This document shows positions 1-8,561 of a stretch of 54,950 nucleotides of DNA, piece by piece. Below the pieces are notes generated by a model. That model saw nothing but the letters and a program-made list of their open reading frames with translations, ran no database searches and was not told the origin of the DNA. Source of the stretch: Hydrurus foetidus (Eukaryota); assembly GCA_900617105.1 (NCBI GenBank), contig UYFQ01000322.1, positions 1 through 54,950 on the forward strand. The letters run 5' to 3'. The position numbers and the translations under genes were made by a program. Numbering within the stretch: the first letter of the stretch is position 1; every line of letters starts with the position of its first letter.

Positions 1-1179
1 TCAAATTTTCTTCTTAAATACCAAAGCTGTCGGCTGCAGAAGCTGGCGCGCATTAACTTCAACAATAAATGCTCAATTTGCTTAAAACAAAATAATTGTG
101 TTCAAGTAGGTGATTTTGTATGTGTGCATAAACTGATGTGAAATAAAGCATCATATAAGAGTATACTATGGCTTGACATGCTGTCTGGTCTGTGACAACT
201 ATTGGTGATTGTGGCTCCGCGAAGAATTAATCTGAAAGCACATCAAATTTTCTTCTTAAATACCAAAGCTGTCGGCTGCAGAAGCTGGCGCGCATTAACT
301 TCAACAATAAATGCTCAATTTGCTTAAAACAAAAATAATTGTGTTCAAGTAGGTGATTTTGTATGTGTGCATAAACTGATGTGAAATAAAGCATCATATA
401 AGAGTATACTATGGCTTGACATGCTGTCTGGTCTGTGACAACTATTGGTGATTGTGGCTCCGCGAAGAATTAATCTGAAAGCACATCAAATTTTCTTCTT
501 AAATACCAAAGCTGTCGGCTGCAGAAGCTGGCGCGCATTAACTTCAACAATAAATGCTCAATTTGCTTAAAACAAAAATAATTGTGTTCAAGTAGGTGAT
601 TTTGTATGTGTGCATAAACTGATGTGAAATAAAGCATCATATAAGAGTATACTATGGCTTGACATGCTGTCTGGTCTGTGACAACTATTGGTGATTGTGG
701 CTCCGCGAAGAATTAATCTGAAAGCACATCAAATTTTCTTCTTAAATACCAAAGCTGTCGGCTGCAGAAGCTGGCGCGCATTAACTTCAACAATAAATGC
801 TCAATTTGCTTAAAACAAAAATAATTGTGTTCAAGTAGGTGATTTTGTATGTGTGCATAAACTGATGTGAAATAAAGCATCATATAAGAGTATACTATGG
901 CTTGACATGCTGTCTGGTCTGTGACAACTATTGGTGATTGTGGCTCCGCAAAGAATTAATCTGAAAGCACATCAAATTTTCTTCTTAAATACCAAAGCTG
1001 TCGGCTGCAGAAGCTGGCGCGCATTAACTTCAACAATAAATGCTCAATTTGCTTAAAACAAAAATAATTGTGTTCAAGTAGGTGATTTTGTATGTGTGCA
1101 TAAACTGATGTGAAATAAAGCATCATATAAGAGTATACTATGGCTTGACATGCTGTCTGGTCTGTGACAACTATTGGTG
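1..1179. repeat. 243-bp tandem repeat, about 4.9 copies, truncated by window start
   Basis: Unit TCAAATTTTCTTCTTAAATACC... starts at 1, 243, 486, 729 and 972. Copy 1 is one A shorter in an A-run, and one substitution is seen at about 950. The last copy ends at CTATTGGTG (1179). Confidence 0.97.
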
Positions 1180-1248
1180 GACGAATATATTTTACCTAGC
1201 ATTTTTTTTTGCGTATAATTTAGCTATCTTCTAACAGCATTTATTATT

Positions 1249-2401
1249 TTATTTGATTGATGCAAGCTTTGATCTTGTTGCTCCGTGCAAATTACGTAAT
1301 AAGTCTCTGGTTGAACGGTTTAACAGGGCTTCGAAATTGGCTGGTGTGTACGGAGCAGGTGGAGGAGTATGCCACGATGTAGGGTTATTTAGATACACCC
1401 CGTTGCTTGTGTAGTACTTGTATGATGGCCACTCGATAACTTCTGGTAGTACAAGATGGCAAAGAGGTAGTTCAGCCCTACGCGAGTTTGGGAGGACAGT
1501 TGTTAACGAATACACCTCTGCGACCTGGTGGAACAGTGCTTGCGACGCATTGGCCGGTTTTAGGACAAACTACAGAAAATAATCACAATAATATTTGATA
1601 ATATTTGGATCGTATGGTTAATCATGTTTAAACCTTATCTGTATAGCTTACTCATACCTGGAGAAATTTGGAAGCATCAGAATGTATGTACAGTGGGCCT
1701 TCCTTTAAGAACTCCGAGGGATCGCGTAACAGAAACACAGTGGGAGTTCCAGTCGTCGATTCGTTTGCGCTACAGAAATATAGACAATGATAAGAAGTTG
1801 AAGTGTCTGACAGATCTGGATAGTTCTTACTTGAACCAAGCTTCCAAGAGATGAGCCTGTTCACCCCAACAAATTATAGTTCGCACTACTCCATTGGATC
1901 TACAATGGTAATGTTTATAACAGGCTCGAGTTTGTCTTCGAGGCCGCGTTGCTTTACGTTCTTGTACTCAACTCTTCCCATGGCGACTACAATAAAGCAT
2001 CTTGCGACTTTGTCATCAAATACTCTATCGTTAGAAGACCTGTTGACAATTACAACGTCGTCTTCCTCCGCCTGTACGGAGTATTTCTCTTCTTTGATTA
2101 AGTCTTCATCGTCGAGAGACCAAACATGGTCCTCGCTAGATATATCTTCGTTTGCTGCTGCCCTAAGGCTCGATTGATCTGGGGCAGTCGCTGGCGTGGA
2201 GCTCGTTGATTTCTCAATTTTTTGGTTGCCTTGGATTGAGGAGATTTTCCCATTGCCAAACCTTTGATAGTTACGTAGATATGATTGTAACAAGTTGCTC
2301 TTGATGTTTATTGTTCAATCCTTGCATATTCGTCATAGGATGTCACGTTTCAATTGACATTTGGTCATCATCGTCACCACCATGCCGAAACCCTCCGTCA
2401 T
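1249..2401 (-). pseudogene. Spliced gene remnant (about 350 codons) with a possible OB-fold/RPA-like segment
   Basis: ATG at 2401 is in frame with ORFs 1886-2293 and 1652-1864. Intron 1570-1657 (CAG|GTATGAG...TTCTGTAG|TTT) joins KFLQ to FVLKPAN and continues into ORF 1249-1515. Four in-frame stops (TGA 2333, TGA 2315, TAG 1886, TAA 1874) and no frameshift. The OB-fold call is by eye only. Confidence 0.7.
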
Positions 2402-2574
2402 TAATGTGTGTGCCGATACTTGTAAATTCGAAAACGTAACCGACACCAACCAGACACTGCATTACTGCAATAATCAATGCTACGTCACTTAAAACGTCAT
2501 GTGGGCGGGCACTGTTCATCTAAATTTGACGAATGCTACACCATCAAATCAAGTTGATATAAATTTTATTTCAG

Positions 2575-4009
2575 ACGCTATGGAATTTTCCCATGCAGCA
2601 TACACGATATTGTGTCTGAACAAATCGATGTATAACTGCCACTTGTCTGACAGAGCGAATCAGACTTGTCCATAAACTTTAACTGAATTTCAATCTTGCA
2701 GCATAGTGCAATAAGCAGTGGAATATCTGTGTCGAAAAATTCAGCATGCTTCAAAACTGTGACCTTGATGGAGGATTTGATATACACATTTTTGACTCGG
2801 TGAACGCTGAGTACACGAAGGAATACGAGAGATATGTTCAAAGAGTTGATCGATTGCTGTCGACATCCACGACAATATGTAAGGTCGGGGATGAATTAAA
2901 TTACGACAGAATAATGTCTTGGACAGCAACGCATACAGAGCAGAGTGCGATGAAGAAGCTACGGTTACCAGAAAAGCGGTCAACAAAGATACATGCGATA
3001 TCAACCACTGCATAAATAACGGTCTTATGTCTTGGAATTCTTTGAAGACTTCACACCACTTTAAAAAGTCTCCATGGTACTACAGAGAATATATGGTTTA
3101 AAAACTCCTGGGGACAAATGTGGTGGACGTTGAGTCAATATTGTAAGTAGCAAACCGATAAACGATAATAATAGCTACAAATTTACAGTGACGTCTAACA
3201 GTTTTAACAGGATAACCCAAGACAGCATCGAACGAGTGTCTATTCAGAAAGTATCATCTGTCCAAATAGCACAAGGGTGGATTAACAACGTAGATATAGA
3301 TGACATGGTACGTAATATACAATGAATATAGAAATTATTGCTGTATTAAATATATTATTTTCTTCCCAGGATGAAATAAAATTGTGCTTTCAAGCAAAAG
3401 GAGGTGAGAAATGCCACTTATGCAAAAAAATGTATAATTGGTTCAAGCGCAGATTAACAAGCTACAAGAACCACCTTACGGAGCTATTTCCAAGATGTGA
3501 CAGACCCAAAAAAATAAATACACATCAGAACAAGCGCAAACGATCAGCTAGTCAGCCAATTTATCTCCAGACGACTCAAACAACAGAAAATATATCACAA
3601 TATGATAATATGCTAAATACTGCAACGCAGTTTACAGAAACATTAGATTCTCACGTAAGTTATTATGATTGCACTAAACCAGCCATTGTAAATATCTAAA
3701 TATCTTAATAATAAACGTTAGAAACCCTTGGACGACACCCTTCAAAGTCTACCCAGTGCGTCAAAAGACAGTCAGATCACAGATGTAGCTGTTTTGCTTG
3801 ATATAAATAAGGTGAAAAAATTATTACCTATATTAATGCAGCACAATTTGCCTAATATTTATTTACCATATTATATTTCACAGGTAGACATCCAAATTGA
3901 CATAAATAGCAATAAAGTGCAGATGCAACTTAATCAATGGCCGGACGATATCCAAAAAAGCATTTTGATATTTCTAGGACATGCAGAAATTCTTTGGGAA
4001 GATGATTAA
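2575..4009 (+). pseudogene. Multi-exon gene remnant of unknown function
   Basis: Phase-consistent GT-AG introns 3143-3210, 3308-3369, 3655-3721 and 3812-3883 join the short ORFs into one frame ending ...EILWEDD* at 4009. In-frame stops at 2617, 2680, 2704 and 3099, with a probable frameshift near 2915. Start not located. Confidence 0.6.
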
Positions 4010-4452
4010 TACACCTCATGTAATATCGTAAAGTACTGATCTGTAAAATATATTTTTTTAGGATAAACACAGGCAATGCTATAGTAATTAATTACAATAT
4101 GTTTTATTTTCAAATTTGAACACTTTTGTCAAAGATAGCAATCCCTTTTGTAAATAAGAGCAAATGTTATTCAAAATTCTGATTTTAATAGATCGTGACC
4201 TGAGAAATTAAAAATTTCTGTTTGCGGGACAAGATAATACACATAATTACCCCACAGAAAATGGCAAAGTAGAAAACTTCCAAGCCGACTTAGGTGGCAT
4301 ACTCTAGGAACTGTATTTTGTATTAGGTATATGTACGTTTTGTGATCTGAGATTGGATGTCCGATCGAATCGAGCCATAAACTCAGCTCAACATATCAGT
4401 ACGATCAACTTCTTTACTCAAGGCGTGACAGATCAAAGATAGACAGACTCAA

Positions 4453-7400
4453 ATGGTAGAGACCTGTACAAAACGGCTGCTCGAGGCCTCAGTCGACGAA
4501 TCCGATGAGTGTGGCGGCGAAAATGAAGCAGATGGATCATGTAACTCACAAGAGTTGACAGGCATCAACATGCCACACGTCGAGGAAGAAATGGTTTACC
4601 TGCCCAATCCTTCACAGTATACACCACCGGAGGAGTTCATTAATCTTGTCGTAGGACCTCAAACTTTTGAAACTTATGAAGTGCGTTGAGTCGAATGGAC
4701 GGAGTAGAATGTACATCGCCGTGTTCCAAGCGGGCTTCAAATCCGAAGTGCAGAGGGATCAATTAGTAAAAGAGCTTGAGTCAAATGTCTATTTCTTTCA
4801 GAGCTTCGTTCAGGCGACACCAACATTTAAGACGGCTATAGGACAGAGCGTACTGCTTAATAAAGTCGCAGTATCCCGATTCCAGGGAAATGATCGAACT
4901 GACATCAAACAACTGCTGTAAGTCCTCCTTCTGCTCTACAAAGGAGCTTTAGCTATTTGCTAAATTACACATCCGTTGAATTGTAGGCGCTCGATACGGG
5001 CTGACGACACCGTCCCAGATGCCAGAATATCGCAGCTTCAAATTTGCGAAAAAGTTGTCCGAGTGCTGAAACTCAGTGCTGACTATCTGGTACAGTTGTA
5101 GAAACTTATGATAGAAAATGTACATACTGTAACTCTGAGTAAACTATTACATCTCATATACCATCGAATCAACTGTAATGCAGGAATTGATTCAAAATTC
5201 TTTAAGGAATTTCGATATGAACAAATTGAAACGACGGTTCGCTCATTATTGTCTAAAAGTCAATAGAAGTTACAAAGAGTTCTTGTGGCGCCTTGCCGAC
5301 AAAGATATTCCAGATGCTTGGCACAGGGCAACGACATACAACAAAAGAATTTCAGCTGCACAAAAAAAAGCGCGGCTTCAAAAACTACACGTAAGAAGAT
5401 GTTACAAGATACAAATCCCAAAACACCAAAAACACAAATATTGTTGCATAATCAATTAGGATGTGGAAGTCGAAGACGTCCGAAGCAATAAAAAGCAAAT
5501 TAAAACTGCGCAGGTACTATTATAACGCAAATTATGTGAATGTATAACATAATTAACATCAGATCATTTGAAATTACAAACAGATCGAAAGTAAAAAGTC
5601 TACCCCGCAGCCAAAGACGAGAAAAACAACAAATAATGGAAAACATGTAAGATTTAATTATTCCTATGCATCAACACTTATCGATGTACTGCACCAATTT
5701 TACATACATAAACAGCAGAATAATAACATAACATCGGAAGAACAAGAAGAAGTGGACTTTACCCAAAAGGAAGAAGAGGAGGGAGAGGACTTAAGTTAAG
5801 ATGAAGGAGAGGAAGAAGTAGACTTAAGTAAAAGTAACGACGCACTTAACGGAGCGGAAATTGAGGTATAAAAAGTTAAATGCTATCTTATTATGGTGAA
5901 CGATTTGCATAATAGGAAGAATACTACACAGCATCAAGATAATGTACGTACTGTGTGTCTAAATATGTAATGTAATACATAAATGCATTAAACACAGTCA
6001 TGTCAAGGTTCAGTGGATATACGTAAAAATGTGCAACAAAAACAAATAAGTCAAACAAACGATGACTTATCGGTAAGAAAATAACACAACCAAATTCTAC
6101 ATCACTGTTAAACTAAAATTTGGTTTTCTAATTAATAATATATTAGGCTACAAATAATAATCCATGGATAAATATATTTACAAAGAGATACGGAGAGTTA
6201 GCATCACTCATGCAGAACAACCTTAGAGATTTAGTTGATCGCTATTTTCAAGATATAGTGGTAACATCTGACACTGGCGATGCAAGCACTGTACAAAACA
6301 ATAGATCAAACACAACATTAAATAATAACATACAAAATATTACAGCAAGCTGCTCAGAAACAGATAGCAATGAGAATAGTTCTACTCTAACATATCCTAC
6401 AACACAAGAAAATGGGATATAAAAACGCTACAGCAAGAATCATCTAATAATGTATCGGATGGTAATATTCAACAAATTACAGATGTAATTATCCCAATAG
6501 AACATACAGTAATAAATGTAATGGAGGACACCGACACTTCTCTTCAGGATACAACATCTATTGGCATTATATCAAATATGAATATTAATACACTACAACA
6601 ACGTTTGCAGAATAATGTACCGGATAATAATAATCCACAAGAAAAAAAATGACATTATACCAATAGAACAAACAGAAATTAATGTTATGAATGACACCGT
6701 ATCGTCTCCACAGAATACAACATCTATTGGAATTATACCAATTCTAAATCCACAAATTAATATAATGGCGGACAACATATCTACGCCTGAAAATTCACCA
6801 TCAGTTCAACATCCATGACCTAATACTGTGACACAATTGTCACAAACAACACCACTACCAATAACACTAACAACAAAAACAAATACTAATTCAAGAACTG
6901 GTACACAATCAAACACAAAGACAAAAAATCAAACTACAGAGCCGCAAAATAATACTCCGAAATCGCAAAACAGAATTACAGTGCAAAATCGTAAACGAAC
7001 AAAAGTACCATATACGCCATACGAAATTACCATAACATTGAGGGACAGAGTTAATTGTACAATCTCAAAGGAAACATTTTTCAGTTCTGCAGAACAACCT
7101 CGAATAGGACGTGGTCAAAACACAACTCCAATTTGTAGAATACGAGAAATGGAAGAACTGTCAAGTGATGAAGTTGATTTATATTTAAATCATTTAAATG
7201 ACAAAATAAAGACGTCACAATATTTAATGTGGATTTTTATATAATGGCAGTAAGGTATGTTGTACAAGAAGAGGACGAATTTAATGCAGCACCATTTGCA
7301 ACGCCAAATGATAATATAACACAATATGGTGAACTAGTAGAAAAAAGATCACTACTTGAACCATACAATAAGCAGAATGAAATTAGATACACACACTTGT

Positions 7401-8065
7401 TGAATATTTTCCGACGAAGATGATTTTAAAAACTTTCAGAAGGTATGTAGCAAGATAATTACACATACAAATTTATTTCACCAACTATACTAACAAATAC
7501 ATGCGCACACATTATCACAGATATGTTTTCCAATACAAACAGCTGGCCATTGGATGCTCGTTGTAATTTCGATAAAACACAGACTTATATTACTGCGCGA
7601 TAGCATCGCTGAATCATTAATCCCAGAAAGATATATTGAGGATACAGTATCTTTTCTCAGATATTACTACCCCGAAATACAAGAAACACAGTGGAGATAT
7701 GATACTTTACAAAAGGCTGACAGATTTCAAAACGTAAATTTGAACAAAGACAGCAGCTTTCAAATATTAAAATTTATTCATGCGGCACTTAAAAATGCAA
7801 GAATTCCACAATTACATGAAACCTTCAATGAATTCAAAGCACGTACTGAAAAGACTATTAAATGAATTACAGCATCCCGCATTAACTCAGTCAACATCTT
7901 CCTTAAGCGCAATACTAACAGAACTGACACAAACACATACACCACAAGAACAATCCGAAAATACGCCACAAGCCAGTCGGAAAATACGCCACAAGAATAA
8001 GATGACCCCCAAGACAATCCAAAGAGATACATAAATAGAACACTCGGTGATATGTCATATTAGTA
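4453..8065 (+). pseudogene. Multi-exon gene remnant: unknown N-terminus, N/T/Q-rich disordered middle, C-terminal Ulp1/SENP-like (peptidase C48) domain
   Basis: Phase-consistent introns 4918-4986, 5090-5183, 5391-5459, 5514-5583, 5647-5715, 6072-6147 and 7443-7520. C48-like motifs: ELSSDEVDLYLNHL, VTIFNVDFY, ICFPIQTAGHWMLVVISIKHRLILLRDS (HW 7548-7553, D 7599), Q...DSS (7728-7757). Stops at 5797 and 6816; frameshifts near 4668, 6420, 6650, 7205 and 7410. Confidence 0.7.
6420..6745 (+). repeat. Diverged internal duplication of about 55 codons within the Ulp1-like gene
   Basis: IIPIEHTVINVMEDTDTSLQDTTSIGII versus IIPIEQTEINVMNDTVSSPQNTTSIGII; ACAACATCTATTGG occurs at 6551 and 6717. Confidence 0.85.
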
Positions 8066-8561
8066 GTAGTGTATATACAATTCCGATTGCTATTAAATAA
8101 ACTGTTTTGAAATTAATATATTATTATATTTTATAACGCCGTCGAATGTCAATTCTTGTACCATGTGGAATTCGGGTAGAAAAAGGATTATAACACCGGA
8201 CAGAATGCCAGACAAGTAATTTTTTTGACAAGGAAATTGCCAACGGGAATTGGTAACTCCTCGGGCATAAAATCTGGCACAAATGTGATAGTGGATTCGG
8301 AAAAAGCATACCCCAGATCAAGAAATTTAAATTGCAAGGGACCAAATGTTTTTTTATACGCGATTTGCAGCCAAATTGCGATTTGCAGCCATAATAAACG
8401 TCATATATAAAAATATGCGGATAACTTCAGGCAACACCTGACACATCTCATCAGTTTTTCCATCTCTCTAGTTGACGCGAAGATCCATGATTTCAGCCAT
8501 GACTCCCCAACGTACAAGAACAGGAAAACGTAAACAGCAAAAATAGGCACTAAACTAAACG

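Larger units (their letters stand above)
1180..8561. mobile_element. Putative decayed large DNA transposon (Helitron-like or other Ulp1-carrying element); ends not identified
   Basis: Three tightly packed, co-decayed genes including C48-like and OB-fold-like segments, an adjacent tandem repeat, and an abrupt junction into the middle of a coding-array linker at 8561/8562. No transposase, Rep/helicase, TIR or TSD is visible. Confidence 0.4.

Noticed and set aside
1249..8065. Alternative genetic code (TAA/TAG = Gln) explaining the in-frame stops
   Set aside because: TGA stops also interrupt the genes, two genes end in TAA, and the Gln-rich 1143-aa pol and the array use no TAA/TAG.
1180..8561. 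Terminal inverted repeats, TSD or Helitron TC...CTRR ends at 1180 and 8561
   Set aside because: The ends do not match convincingly by eye and the two flanks are different repeats, so this is not a simple bounded insertion.
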